Below are positions 25,701 through 39,186 of a stretch of DNA of 64,000 nt, piece by piece. This stretch comes from Dendrobates tinctorius. Lineage: Eukaryota. The notes beneath the pieces are model-generated. The model searched no databases. It was not told the DNA's origin and worked only from the letters and a program-made list of their open reading frames with translations. The translations under genes were made by a program, and so were the position numbers. The DNA is taken from assembly GCF_039654945.1 (NCBI RefSeq), contig NW_027361677.1, positions 5,394,001 to 5,458,000 of the forward strand, in the 5' to 3' direction. The stretch's first letter is position 1, and every line of letters begins with the position of its first letter.

Positions 25701-28700
25701 GACTACGAATAGATTGGAGTAGAACCCTCGGAAGCGTTCGGTCATGGGAACCGGTACTACGACTCCTGCTTGAAGGAGAGAGGAGACTGCTTGGTGGAAG
25801 GCACGAGCCTTGTCTCGACGGAACAGAGAGGAAGAACCGGTTCGGTGGACTGGAAGTGAACTCTATCTTGTATCCGGAAGACACTATTTCCCTGACCCAT
25901 CTGTAATAGGCAGCCAGACTTGCTGAAAGAGTAGAAGTCGTCCACCTACTGGTGGGGTGTCTTCCGGAGTTCGTGAGTCATGATGAGGCGAAATTCTGAG
26001 GTTTTCCTCCTTTGGGCTTTGCCAGGACTGCTAGGTCCTGTCCGGCCTCTGCGCCGCCGTGGGTTGTCCCTGCGTGGAGAGCGGTTACGATTTTGTGCTG
26101 GGCGCAAGACGGACCAGCCCGAAGAATTCCGAAAGGATCGGAATAGAGCTTGGTTTCGCAGTTTAAACGTGCGTTTAGGTTTTAGTTGAGGGAGAGAGGT
26201 ACTCTTACCCCCAGTGGCGTTGGATATCATTGTGTCCAACTTTTCAACAAAAAGCCATCCAGAGGTACGGGAGATGCGTGAGGGACTTCTTTGAGGCCGC
26301 ATCCGCTTTCCATTCCTGCAGCCAGAGGATACGCCGAATTGTGATGGCGTTCACTGCTATCCCCGCTACACCTCTTGCGGAGTCCAGGGCTGCATGAAGC
26401 ATGTAATCTGCTACCACTGCTATTTGAACCGCTTGGTCAGACAGCTCAGGATTTGAAGCTTGGAGGCCAGCATGCAATTTTTTGGCCCAAGCCAGAATGG
26501 CCTTGGCCGCTCAAACTGAAGCGAACGCGGGGGCCAGGAAGGCCCCTGCCGCTTCGAAAACTGAGCGAGCCATGCGTTCTACCTGCTGGTCTGCTGCGTC
26601 CCTGTGGGTTGAGCTATCTGGCAGTGAGAGGAGGGTCTGTGCTGCTAGCCTAGAGACTGGGGGTCCACTTCGGGTGGATCTGTCCACTGCTTGGTGTCCT
26701 TTTGTGGGAAGGGGTACCTAGCCTCCAAATATTTGCGATTGGCGAATTTCTTCTCAGGCTGCGAAAACTGCTTAGTAAGGATCGCCTGAAATTCCGGGTG
26801 ATTAGAGAAGACCTTAGGTGGCTTCAGAACACTTTCAAAGCAAATCTTGTGTTCTGGGGCTTCCGGGGTTGGATCGGAAATATCCAGCACCCAATGGATG
26901 GAAGAGATTAGGTCCTCAACCAGCGCTGTATTGCTAGGGGGACAAGGGACCAGAGACCTCTAAGTTTCGTTGTCTGAGTCGGAGTCACAGATGCCTTCCG
27001 AATCCTACGTATCGCTGAGGCGCTCCCTGGTGGGTGAGCTGGGGCGGAGGTCTCCTGTAGTCGGGGGTCGCTGTGGAGATCTGCGTTGTCTGTCTCTGGT
27101 AGGGGACGGTCTAGGTGACCTGGAACTACGGTGTCTCTCCCTAGAGGGGGATGACCGTGTGCTATGGGATGACGCAGATGAACGCGACCTGTGGGTCCGC
27201 TTAAGTCTGGGAGAGCCAGAAACGGCCTGTCCCTGAGTGGAGCTGTCCCTTTGCTGGGTAACGCTCATAGCCGAGACATGACCCTGCAGAGCCTGGAGTA
27301 ATGTGGAGGTTAGGTTATCTATGAACTGCGTCATAGACTGCGACATCTGGGTAGCCCATTCTGGCGTGGTAGCATCCGCTGAAGCATTGGTAGGAGCCTC
27401 TTGGGGTTCTGACCCAGTATTCTGGATACAGTCCCGACAGTGGGGGTACGTGCTGCCAATGGGGAGAGTGGTTTTGCAGGCTGTACAGAATGCATAAAAG
27501 CAGTCCTGCCTGATTCTCTTGCAGCTTGAGCCTGGCATAGTGCACAAAGTGTGGAAGGGCAGGCTATGGGAGAGCCCTACAGGGGTGGATATGCAGGGGA
27601 AACCTATAGGAGAGCCTTACAGGGAATCCGGATTCACAGCCGAGCAAAAAAACCCGAGCTGTGATCTTACCCCACCAGTGTGCCCCTAGGTCCAGCCCCG
27701 AAGATCCACAGTCCTGTGCCCCCCGAAGACTGGCTGGCGTGGTGCTGCTGATGCCTGCGTCAGAAATGTCCGCCGAGAGGATGAGGAGGGAGAAGAAGGG
27801 GGCGGAGAGCTGAGAAAGAGCGCACGGAGATGTGTAAAAACGCGCCCTTTCTGCCTCGATCCGCCCCTTCTATGACACTGTAGAGTGTCATATTTGCCAT
27901 CCGGGGGACGGGCCGGGGGGCGAAGAGGAGGCGGCGACCTCAGCTAGGCCGAAGCCGCGGCTTAAATTAGATATCGATGCCCAGGAAGGGCTCCAGGCCG
28001 GTGCGGTAGTCTTGCAGGGGGTCGGATCTTAACCGGACCCCCCGGATTGAAAGGCAGGCTAGCGGTGGGGCCACAATCTGAAGCGGGGCCCTGTGATGGG
28101 TCCCCCTGAGGAGCTATGTAGCTGGTGCTGCCGCAGAGACAGGGGCGCAGGGAGCCCTGTCTCTGTATGTGCCATGCCTGCCCGCACTCCCCCCCGGCCC
28201 CGACAGGAGTCCGCAGCTGGGCTGGGTTCCCTGGATACAGTGAGCTGCAGATTACCGTGGTACAAACCCTACCTGAGGTGTCTCAACCTAATACCCCCAG
28301 AGGGGGATTAGGGAGGGTGCTGCTGTCACCATCAGGGGGCTTCTTCCTCGCCTCGACCTCAACCCAAGACCAAAAGGAATTGGGGAAGGAGGGGGGTCTC
28401 AACTTTGAGCCAGCACCCGCTGGACTGGGGAAGGAGCGACATGGGGAACAGCCATCTCTACTTCAACCGGGCACCCCATAATAGGGGACCGAGGAAGGAG
28501 CCATGCCGGGAGTCTCACAGGAGACCCTCTTTACTTCATCTGTCATCCGGGAAAAAACGGAGTGGAAAAAAAAAAAAAATCTTTAGGTGTGCCTCCTTGC
28601 GACACTAAGCAAAAACTGGAGAAGGCTGATGCCGTCCAGGGGTGTATACTGCAGAGGAGGAGCCATAGTTAATCTCTTTCAGATTATGCATAGTGTCGCC

Positions 28701-28759
28701 TCCTAGTGGACAGCAGCATAACACCCATGGTTCTGTGTCCCCCAATGAGGCGACAGAGT
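22716..28759 (-). mobile_element. Full-length degenerate DIRS retrotransposon in an RSPRY1 5' intron
   Basis: ITRs ~22765-22900 vs ~28610-28759; ICR ~23028-23128; gag 25946-27547, RT 25182-25745 (YLDD), RNaseH 24558-25103, MT 24202-24624, YR 23185-24685, all frameshifted. Confidence 0.95.
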
Positions 28760-28954
28760 TATCTACATTAAGAGGTTACCTAGGACTTAAAAACCAACAT
28801 CAACCATGAACTAATAACTGATAGATACCAGTTTACGCCTCTGCAGCTCCAGCACAGACACTGTGGTGGTCTCAGCCGGTCCTTATTTAATCACTTGCGC
28901 CGAATATCCACATAACCGCTGGAGTCAATCATAACCCTCAGCGCCGTATCATAC

Positions 28955-29012
28955 CTCACGAAACTTGGTGGAGACAGTGGAACGATCGCACGGATGTACA
29001 GACATGTAATTG
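28955..29012 (-). other. RSPRY1: Candidate 58-nt 5'UTR exon of RSPRY1
   Basis: Acceptor TTTTTTTGCAG| and donor GAG|GTATGA on the - strand, between the promoter and the first coding exon. Confidence 0.45.
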
Positions 29013-29188
29013 CTGCAAAAAAATAGACTGGGACTGGTGGGGACCATCAGAGTGTTTGTCCTTAAGCTTAGGAAAAAAAAAAAATGGAATATATATATTT
29101 GGGTGAGATTTTTTAAGAAATATTTATTAAGAATATCCATCATCAACTATGGGAGGTCTGCAGCGGAAATATCCAGAAGAATGTACAT

Positions 29189-29706
29189 AAAGGGTTATTC
29201 CCATCCCACAGATGGGTACTGTCGCATAGTCCTTGTAAATATAAGCCCTTTTCCATTTTACCGCTTAATAAAATTTGCAGCCTTACTTGAGATATTAACA
29301 CTTTTCTTTACAGCTTGTTACCAAGGAGACCGACCACCGCTGCTGTCTAGATTGTAAGCAGTGAGATGAAGCTGCCCGGAATTGGGAGGTAACAGCGATC
29401 CTGGCCACAAAACCTCAAAACAGTGCTAACAATCCCGATAGAAAAGAGCTTATAAAGACAGTGCACGAGCTGCCGTCTCGCCGCGGTGGTCGGTCTCCAA
29501 GGTAACGAGCTGTAAACGAAAGAAAAAACAGAAGTGTTAATATCTCAGGAACGGCTGAAAATTTTAATAAGCGGTAAATTGCAAAACAGAACGCTGCGAC
29601 AAGATGGGAATGACTCAAACATGGACAGCTCAAGTCCGGCCTTTGATAGTCAGAGGGGGGTCCAAGTGATGACCCCCATCTATACTGGGCTAGACAACCA
29701 CTTTAA
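29189..29706. mobile_element. Palindromic Kolobok/T2-like MITE
   Basis: TAAAGGG...CACTTTAA ends; internal inverted arms 29258-29340 / 29482-29578. Confidence 0.6.
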
Positions 29707-29743
29707 AAGGGATCCTTGAGCCTTCGCCGCCCTAAACTGACCC

Positions 29744-30112
29744 GCTAACAATGGCGGGTGACACATGGGGGGTCCACGGCCGGTGACGCCGTGTCCTTAC
29801 CGTGCAGTACAGGGTGCGCTAACAATGGTGGGTGACACATGGGGGGGTCCATGGCCGGTGACGGTGTGTCCTTACTGTGCAGTACAGGGTGCGCTAACAA
29901 TGTCGGGTGACACACGGGGGTGCATGGCCGGTGACGCCGTGTTCTTACCGTGCAGTACAGGGTGCGCTAACAATGTCGGGTGACATACGGGGGGGTCCAC
30001 GGCCGGTGACGCTGTGTCCTTACCGTGCAGTACAGGGTGCGCTAACAATGTCGGGTGACACACGGGGGGGTCCACGGCCGTTGACGCTGTGTCCTTACCG
30101 TGCAGTACAGGG
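29744..30112. repeat. ~74-bp minisatellite, 5 copies
   Basis: GCTAACAATG..GGGTGACAC...CCGTGCAGTACAGGGTGC recurring at about 29744, 29818, 29893, 29966, 30041. Confidence 0.95.
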
Positions 30113-30301
30113 GGCACCTGTGAGCTCAGGCCTACTCATGTAATGTCCCAGCAGCACAGGGGATGATGTCCTCCTCACCTCTCACGCCTCATCTGCAGGA
30201 CAAAGAAGCAGGCGACACAATGAAGGGCTGGGCACCTGCCACGCTCTGCTGCACCCCTCCCCCAGCACTGGGATACATGTATATACCCAGCAGCCTCTCA
30301 C

Positions 30302-30796
30302 CGTTATACGGCTCTCGCACTATACCGCGCACTTCCTGTTTCCTTCGCCTCTCTGTCTCTCTGGTGTAGTAGACAAGACCAACCGTGACGCCACCAGCCG
30401 GGAAGTGAGTTGTATTTTCTGCGCATGCTCGCAACCTTCTTTCCCTTCCGCTGAAGCCGGGACGGCCATCTTTACTTAGACGCGCTGCGATTGGTTAGTG
30501 TCTCCAGACAGGCATGCTTGGATTGGTTGATAGGTGACGTCAGCAAGGATTTCATTAGCGGGTTCTATGTAGTAAGGCTGGTGTTGATTGGCTGGAAGCG
30601 CTCTCGGCTGTACTGTAGCTTGTGCTGGAGAGAGAGCAGTGCAGAGGAAGGCATCGGTAAGCGGCGGGGGGCTGCAGGGGTCACCCAGGGCAGAGCAGGG
30701 GTCGGGGGGTCTGGTCTAGAAGCCATTTGTGGTCTACTGTGCTGTTACGTCACCCTCATGGCTGCTTGTTGTAGAACTACAAGTCCCAGTGCATGA
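30302..30796. promoter_or_regulatory. Bidirectional RSPRY1/PSME3IP1 promoter with both non-coding first exons
   Basis: Outward-facing donors (- strand ACG|GTGAGA at 30302; + strand TCG|GTAAGC at 30656); ETS (CACTTCCTG, GGAAGTG), NRF1-like TGCGCATGCT, YY1 GGCCATCTT, three ATTGG boxes, CRE TGACGTCA, ZNF143-like AACTACAAGTCCCAG; CpG-rich. Confidence 0.85.
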
Positions 30797-31357
30797 AGCT
30801 TGGGAAAAGTTTGTTTAACCCCTTAAGAACTGGACAATTTTTTGTTTTCGCTTTCTTATCTTCTTCTCCAAAGAGCCATAACTTTTTTTTTTTTCTTTGG
30901 ACTTTTGATTGGCGCGATTTGTTTCCTGCGCTGGTGAATGGCGGAAACAAATCCCAATGGTGAAAAAATAAAACGCACCATTCCGCCAAGTGGTTAAACA
31001 GCAGCAATCGGAGGGGGGCTCTGATCGCTGCTTGTGTAGGCGGATACCAGCCGTGTGCGGCGCTGCCTCGCTCCATGCACCAGTGTAATGGTGCGTCATG
31101 GAGCAAGGAGGGGGCGAAACGTTTGTGCCGTTATTGCCGTGCTTTCCTAGTATACACAGTACGTGCATAGGGCACCCACAAAAAAGGGTGGTCCTAAGCA
31201 CATAGTTTTATCATCACCCCCTCCCCCACTGCTAGAAAAGGGGTGCACACGCTGGCTGCTCTTCTGTGCAGTGGGACTGATCAAAGCCCCCAAAATGCAA
31301 GACCCTAAAAAGACTAACGTAGCTGTGAGATGGAGCCCATCGCATTTAAAGGGAACC

Positions 31358-32149
31358 TGTTGTGAGTTCATTTTCCCCTTCATTACTGAGGCCCGAGGAA
31401 CTCCCTCTTCTGGTAAAGAAAGGTAGTGAGCTTGATTATCAAACACCAGAGGCTGATGATGATGACTGGCTGAGTGGAGTTACTGACTGGATATAATGCT
31501 GCCGACGCCCTTCTGCCCTGCGGGTGATTTCTCTGTGGGATCCTTGGAGACCAGTCTGAATTCCTGCTCCTCTAAAGCTAAGTTTGCTGCTCGGCCTTTT
31601 GCTTTGGTGCTTTGACTTTGTTTTGCTTTGTTTTTCTGGATTTCTGCCATTCCCTGCTGGGGTGTGCTGAATTCATTTAGCTCTGTCTTCTGAAATTACC
31701 TGAGTGCTGATTTAGTTTTTGAAGCCTAGCTGCTTCAGGGCCTTTTTCATATCAGCTTGTTGGCTTATGTCTTTGATAGGGTTTTGGCAGATTGCAGACA
31801 GCAGCCTTCCTGTCCTTTCCTATCTAGGTAGTTTTGGGCCCCGGCTTTGCTCAGTCTATCTTTCTGTCTGTGTTAGTATTTTCATCTTGCTTCACCGTCA
31901 TTATATGTTGGGGGCTGCCTATTGCTTTGGGGTCTGCTCTGGGGCAGTTTAGATTTCCCCTTTCTTTAGGCCTATGTAATTCTCCGGCTGTGATCGAGGG
32001 GTCTAGGGCATCGTAGGAACCCCCCACGGCTACTGCTAGTTGTGTTGATAGGTTCAGGGGTCTGCAATCCGATAGCTGCCAACTTCTCTGGTTTTCTGGA
32101 CTTAGCTTGTATTTCTGCTTTTGCCTCCTACGGTGACTCATTCGTAACA
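31358..32149. mobile_element. Solo LTR
   Basis: TGTTGTGA...TCGTAACA termini; GGAACC duplicated at 31352-31357 and 32150-32155. Confidence 0.85.
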
Positions 32150-32213
32150 GGAACCTGTCACCACCAAAAACACTATTTACCTGCAGTTATAGGGTTAATC
32201 TACAGGGAAATAG

Positions 32214-32472
32214 TAGTGATGAGCGAACGTACTAGGATAAGATGTTATCTGAGCATGCTCGGGTGCTAACCGAGTGACTTCGGCACGCTCAAAAAATACG
32301 TTCAAGTCCTCGCGGCTGTTGGATAGCCACAAGACTTGTGGGGATTGCTTGTATGTTAGGCAATCCCTGCGTATGGTGCAACTTTCGAACAGCTGCAAGG
32401 ACTAGAAGTCACTCGGTTAGCACCCGAGCATGCTCAGATAATACCTTATCCCAGCACGTTCGCTCATCATTA
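32214..32472. mobile_element. hAT MITE, largely palindromic
   Basis: TIRs TAGTGATGAGCGAACGT / ACGTTCGCTCATCATTA; 8-bp TSD GGAAATAG / GTAAATAG. Confidence 0.9.
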
Positions 32473-32788
32473 GTAAATAGCGTTACAATCCTGCCTGGCT
32501 GGAGCAGCGGCTACAGGGAGAAAATGCCCATCTATCCTCCTTGTACCTGCAGTCACCGGTCACTATATCGTGATTGATCGCCCGCTTTTTAGCATGTCTG
32601 TGCAGCGTATGTACCGCGCCTACAGTATAGTGATTAATGACTGTTGCCGCTCCTGGTACCGCTCTGACGCCTGGAAATGAGCAGCTACAGGTAGACGATG
32701 GCTTCATTTTCTCCCTGTAGCTGTTGCAGATCACCATCATACCTGCAGGGTAATAGTGTTTTAAGGATGTGACCGTTTTCCACCTTAA

Positions 32789-33147
32789 GGCTATGTTCAC
32801 ACGTTGCGTTTTTTTATGTAAATTTTAAGCTGAGTTTTACAGCGCCAGTAAAAGCTATGAGATTTCAGAAATCCCTTGCACACATATGACTTTGTTTTTG
32901 CCTGACTGAATTGGAAAAACGGCTGCGTTTTTCAATCTGCAGCTTGTCCCTTCTTTCAGCGTTTTTTTTTTTCACCCATAGAAAGCAATGAGTTTCAGGT
33001 TTCGCTTAAACCTTTTTCAGAATGGACAAGAAACAATGAAAACGCAGCCAAACTTGCCTTTTGTGAGCAGCTTCTTTACTGCCAAGAGAGCAGCTTTTTC
33101 CTGCAGGAAAACAAAAACTAGCAAAAACGCAACGTGTGAACAGAGCC
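32789..33147. mobile_element. PIF/Harbinger-type MITE
   Basis: TIRs GGCTATGTTCACACGTTGCGTTTT / AAAACGCAACGTGTGAACAGAGCC; TAA on both sides. Confidence 0.85.
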
Positions 33148-33790
33148 TAAAAGTGGCCTGCAAGGTCATGGGCACACAGGCCGTTTCTGCAGCAAATTGG
33201 CAGCAGTGGTCAATTTTCGGGCAGAAAAAAAAAAATTAGGATCCAAATTTAGTTGTAGATCTGCAGAGTAATCCCTGAGTTTGCTGCAGAGTTGCAAATT
33301 TTTTACATTGAAAATTAAAATAGCAGATTTTGATATTCATATGTGACTATAAGGCGTGTTCACACATAGCTTAAATGCTGCATTTTTTGGCAGTAAATTG
33401 GCAATTAACAGTTCAAGCAAAGGGGATGTGATTTCATGAAAACGCATGCCCTCTATGCACGTAAGGACGCCGTTGGCATTCTGCTGACCATATTACATTC
33501 TGCATGGCGAGTACTATATGGCGGCATATTCATTCTTTGTGGAACACATTGTTGGACTATATCAGTCCATGCACCATCGGTGTAAAGGAAAAACTCAATC
33601 CCTATAATTGGAACTTCAGTTGATGTATTGCATGGTCGTGCCAGTTACATGACATGCAATGGTATTTTAAGTGCAGAAATGGAAAAAAAAAAGTGTAAAA
33701 TTTGCATTAAATGTAAAGGTAAAGCGCATTAAAAATATCTATATAATCTATAGCACAATCATGGTTCTTGTTTTTCCGCAGGGGTTCAGA

Positions 33791-36362
33791 ATGGACGGAC
33801 GTGAAGGGGATCTGGTTATGAACAAACGATTTGTAACAGAATCAGAAATCGAGGAAAGACGAAAAAAAAGGCAGGAAGAATGGGAAAAAGTGCGGAAGCC
33901 CGAAGACCCCGAAGGTAGAATGGGAAGAATGACTGATCCTCCTTAATATGGGGGGAAAAGAAATGTATGTTTTTACAATGAAAGAACCTCCCTGGTTTAT
34001 TAACCAGCACGCCCAATGCTTTCACTGAGCTAGCAAAATGAATAGTCGGCCATGACGTCTATGTACCTTGATGACAGAGGGGGAGCAGGGAAAGCGGGGT
34101 AGGGGGAGCAGGGCAGGAGAAAAAAAGACCCAAACCCACTCCCTATAACTGTGTTTGCTGCTAGAGATGAATTTCACTTCACAAGAGGCAGAAGTTACAA
34201 AGCTAGTGGACAGATCCTTATGGGGATTTTTAGGGTTAAAGATACCATGATTTGTGGATGAACTTTGTATCTTATCAAGGGAGATCACATGGACTGTAAT
34301 TACGGGGAATATTTAATATACATTTTGTTTTTTACATTTCTCTCCATTTATAACTTTGTATGTGAATTCCACTTGTTATTTTTTATTATTCTCATCATTC
34401 ATACCAGAGTGCCCAGAGGAGGTTTATGACCCACGGTCTTTATATGAAAAACTTCAGGAACAGAAAGAAAAGAAACAACAGGAATTTGAAGAAAAGTTAA
34501 AATTCAGTAAGAATCTTTTTCATTGTCCTGCTTTACCCTGTGACCGTCACATCGGTGATGGAGCGACAGCTCAGCCAGCGGACCCCTCTAGTTTTAGCAA
34601 GCAGCTGGGACCTCCGCCAATCAGACCTTATAACATGTCAAAAGTTGAAGTTGAAAAACTCCAGCTCCAGATCAGTGACAATACTGTAAATATTAGAGGG
34701 ATTGTCCACCACTTTCAACTTGTAATAGGCCATGGGTGGGAAAATAAATGATTAGCTGCAGCCTTCACATTCTGTCCGAGCGCTGCAGCCAATCAGTGGC
34801 TGCTGATTGGCTGCAGCAGTCATATAATTACCTCACTCACACTGCCTGCCAGATCCCAGCAGACTATGGGGGATCCAGTACTCTGCTCTGATCTGGAATA
34901 TTAGTATATTCCCACACCCTCCCCCTTTTTTAGCTTCAAAATAAAGGACAATCCCTTTAAAAAAAAAAATTGTCTTCTCCTTGTACTACTTCTTTTTTTT
35001 TTTTTTTTTTTGTAGAAAATATGGTTAGAGGTTTGGAAGAAGATGAATCGAACTTTCTTTCCGAAGTTTCAAGGAAACAAGAGTTGCTGGAAAAGCAAAG
35101 GAGAGATGAAGAACGAAAAGAATTAATGGAATTTAGAATATCCTTTAATAAACGAACTGTTGAGAAAGTGATATTAAACATCTACGCTTGGTAGCAGCCA
35201 TTAAGCAATGCATAGGGCCACAATATTTCAGCCTGCATGTTGCTTATATCTTGCTAATGCCTTATACGAGGATTTTAGCCGACTGTGCGGGGGGTGGCGG
35301 ATTTTAGCCGACTGTGCTGGGGGTGGCGGATTTTAGCCGACTGTGCTGGGGGTGGCGGATTTTAGCCGACTGTGCTGGGGGCGGCGGATTTTAGCCGACT
35401 GTGCTGGGGGCGGCGGATTTTAGCTGACTGTTGAGATGAGAATGAGAAATGAACATGTCCAGATGGCTAATGAAATACGCCATGTGATGTGTATATCTTA
35501 CGACCTTTCCTTCATTGTTTTGTAAATACATGCTTCACTTTTAAAAACTGATTCTTAATTGCCTTGGCCCACAATGCACGGACTATAGCCAGCACATCTA
35601 CAGAAAATAAGAAGAGGGAGACCGAGAAGAAGCCACTGACAAAACCCCCCGACAGCAAGAATAAACTTTCTCAGTCCAAGTTGCTGGCAGGAGCCGTGCG
35701 ACACAGAAGGTTAGCATGAATGGCTCAGTGATTATTTATTTTTATAAGGTTTATGCTGAACCCATACAATCGGTGGGATAACTTCCCGTTCCTGAGACCA
35801 GGGCTTGGGCAGTCTCCACCTCCACTCTACTAAGAGCCCCTTTTTTAGGGATCGGTTCGGATTCTCAACAATCAGGGTAATATCCCCTGTCTAATCCCTA
35901 TTAGGTGTTTGGTTTTTTTATTTGCACATATTTACGTGTAATATCTATTATTTTTAGTAATTCTGAAATCTCCAGCGCAAAGAAATTAAAAGTTGAGCAG
36001 GAACAAGAAACGTTAAAAGGTATGTCTTTTATTAATATGGTAGTTTCTGTTGTGATAAGTGGTCCACCCGTAAGTGGCTCCTTGTATATTAGGTGTCGGC
36101 CATATTTTCAGACCTTGCTTACATACAATGGTATTTTGTGTTTTCAGAGACCCACTCCAGCCCTGCCGACAGCTCCTCTACCACCTTTGCCCGAGTCCAT
36201 TGCCCTCCAGCCTCCATCTGTATTGGAATCTTACCCGGTCTCGGCGCCTATTCAGGAAGCAGCGATTCCGAGTCCAGCTCGGACAGCGAAGCCATGATAA
36301 ATAACATGGGGAAGATTGTCTCCTCCGTATTTCGCTCAGGCACGTTCCTTGATGCTCCATAA
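33791..36362 (+). CDS. PSME3IP1: PSME3-interacting protein (FAM192A/NIP30/PIP30); coding exons 33791-33914, 34408-34506, 35016-35137, 35573-35709, 35958-36019, 36148-36362
   Basis: Spliced translation [49 protein letters not shown]...[10 protein letters not shown]...SKLLAGAV...[22 protein letters not shown]...FLDAP* matches the recalled protein; all phases compatible. Confidence 0.97.
35138..35572 (+). other. PSME3IP1: U12-type (AT-AC) minor-spliceosome intron
   Basis: 5' ATATCCTTT, branch-site-like TTCTTAAT at 35552-35559, terminal AC at 35571-35572; removal restores an in-frame homologous protein. Confidence 0.92.
35270..35431. repeat. 29-bp minisatellite, about 5.5 copies, inside the AT-AC intron
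   Basis: GGATTTTAGCCGACTGTGCTGGGGGYGGC tandem units. Confidence 0.95.
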
Positions 36363-37014
36363 AGTGCGTCCGTAGTCCAGGAATAATTGCTCTCTGTATT
36401 CCCAGCAGTGGTGCCATCTGCTCACATGTAGAATATGGACACAGTCTCTGCATATAACCTGCGGAGCACCCAGACATCATACCCACTTACCACCCATGAG
36501 AATATCTTTCTTTTGTGCAGTGCGTTTTTAAGCTTAAGAGCTTATTAAAGCAATTAAACTTGGAGATGTGTGCTCGTGTCATCTCGGTTACAACTGCTCC
36601 TTCACTTGCTAAATACATCTGACAACATTGAGATTCTTCTTCATGGTGTTTATCAGGGCTGTGAAGTCGGTAAGCCAAACCTGCGACTCCGACTCCTCAA
36701 TTTCCCTTACACCGACTCCACCATATATTGCTTATATTTAAGTGAAAAATTTATTGTAGTACAATGTGAACATCAGACATTTAATCATTTCTATGATACA
36801 ATAATCAAGATATTTAGACAGAACATAATATATATTTATTGAAATACAACTTTAGAACACAAAAAACTGTAATAAATTGTAAATATGTAATACACTATGT
36901 AACATCAATTACATATATACAGTGTGTGTGTATATATATAACACTATGTAATAATCTATGTAAGTGGCAAAAAACAGTTTTCCACAAAAACATACTACAT
37001 AACATTTGTGCAGT

Positions 37015-37803
37015 CTATGAATTTGTTGTGAGAAATAGTATCGCCTCCATCAGATCCTCCTTCATAGATGACCTCAAATCTGACCTAATAATTTTAAGGC
37101 CAGAGAACAACCTATCTACACTAACTTGGGTTGGAGGCAAAGCCGTAACCACATGGGCAACATCTCTAACAATTTCCAAGTATAAAGGAATTGCCTCGTG
37201 CACAGTCAGTTTTGATGAATGGTTGAATTTTTCTTTTTCTTTGAGAGCAAGTGAAACATTTTGCTGAAATATGGTCAATCTGCTTGCTATAGGTGACGGA
37301 GTGAAATCTTTTTCCTTGCAGCAATGCTTTGCCTGCTCCATATCATACAAATACTTGTCAAAGTCAAACTCCTCATCTGATGAGGATGAAGATATGGCAG
37401 CAGTAGCACTGTCAGGACCCAAGTCCTCTTGCGCCTGGCAGTCCTCCTGTAGGCCACTCATCCTAACTGCTACCTCAGTCAGAGCTTCTTTTCTTTTAGT
37501 AAGCTGTTGATCATCAAGCAATATACGATGACTCGGGTCCACATAAACAGCTACCAGAAAAATTTTATTTTACAATAGCTGTGTCTCTCTCCGTTTCATT
37601 GAAACAGAAATGCCATCTGCGATTAAATCTCCTCTTTGGGACAGGCAAAATAGCAAGTTCTTCCACTCCCTTATGAAAATGCCAGGAGTTAAATCCTCAG
37701 CTTGTAATTTTTTAGTCACGGTACGTAGGTGATTAAGCAATTCCTTCAATTCAGCCACCTGTGTCCGTTGACCTTCATTTAGGGTTACCTGAGGGTTCAC
37801 CAT
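37015..37803 (-). pseudogene. hAT transposase C-terminal remnant (dimerization domain)
   Basis: 'ALPPTQVSVDRLFSGLKIIRSDLRSSM' hATC-like motif; ORF broken near 37545-37570. Confidence 0.85.
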
Positions 37804-39186
37804 ATCTATAAGAAACGGTGTTAGCCAGGATCAAAACTGGGGGGGGGGGGCAGAACCTCATACTGTTCCACAGAATCTCATACTGCTCGCCTCAGCTGCT
37901 GCAGAACCTTATACTGCACACCCCTACACTTGAAAATAAAGCCTGCACCTTAAGATGTGGTGAATGCAGTCTATTTTTTACCCTTCGCCACGACAGCACC
38001 CACTTGGAGAGAGGGATCCGCCCATAGGAACAGGAAACCTACAGAGATAAAAGAGGGCGGTCCACCTCTCCCCCTCAGTTGGTTTCCTGTTCCGATGGGG
38101 AACCGCAGGATACGCTACAGCTTACCTGGGCCAAGGAACCGCCTGTGCAGTGTCTGCGAGAACGGCAGGGGTTCTGGTCCAGAGGCAGCGACGGGGGAGT
38201 GCTGGAATCCGGCTCCCTCCTCGGCTGGTATGGAGTGCAGAGACACCGGTACCGGGTGGCGCCGACCGGGGTCTGTCTGGGGTAACATGACACCGGGCAG
38301 GAGGATCCATTCCGGTCCATGTGGGGGCGCAGGAAACGGCAACCTCCAGCGTTCCTAGAAGGCTTCAGCGTCCAGGAGGACGCACATGCAGAGCGGCAGG
38401 ATGTGGTAAGGAGGAACTTCCGGGTTACCGGAGGTTCCTCGACTCACAGCGCACGCGCGGATGGGCGGCACCGCAGGCATAGAGGCGCTCCCCGCCCCCT
38501 CCAGCAGAGAGAAAAAAAAAAAAAGCGATTCAATCTGCGCAAGCGGCTAGTGTCAGCGCCGATGCGCATACTAATGAGCCGCAAATAGGCGCACCTGGAG
38601 GGGGAGGTACCAGGTATGAAGGGGCTTACAAAAGGCCTGGGGCGCAGAGATATGGCGTGCAATCATGTCTTCACCGAGACAGGACACGCATCCCCAGGCA
38701 GGCGACGCAGCAGCAACCAAGGACCATACAAGACGAGGGTCCTCGGATCGTAGCCACAGAAGCCACGCCAACAAGCCTCCTTCGCAGCCTGAGCCGGTAC
38801 CTACAGCGTCCCGGGGTGAGTGGACGTCGCTCTGCCTATCAAGCTGATAAAATGTCTCTCTCTCTCTCTCCCTCTCTACTCTCTCCCCTGCCGTCATCAT
38901 ATCTCAGGCAAAAAGGAAGGAAAAATCAAAAAATAAAGAGTGCGCCCTGTGTGCACGTCCGTTACCGGAATCTTACACAAAAAGGCTATGCAAAAAATGC
39001 ATTAATGAGACGGCAAAACAGGCATCAGCCGTAGACATAAGGGCCATAATTAGGGAAGAGCTACAGGCCCTAAACCAGAGCAGGCCCTCTAATATCGAAA
39101 CTACCAAACCAGCGGTTGTAGACACCGATGAGGGCGAAGTAGTCTCAGATAGTTCCAACGCATCCACATCAGCATCCTCATCAGAG

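Larger units (their letters stand above)
31346..32788. mobile_element. Kolobok/T2-like MITE hosting a solo LTR and a hAT MITE
   Basis: TTAA-AGGGAACC[insert]TGTCA... left end; degenerate GTGACCGTTTTCCACC-TTAA right end. Confidence 0.7.

Noticed and set aside
37818-37974. Segment between the hAT transposase remnant and the DIRS left end
   Set aside because: Cannot be assigned by eye; probably another repeat fragment, no supportable call
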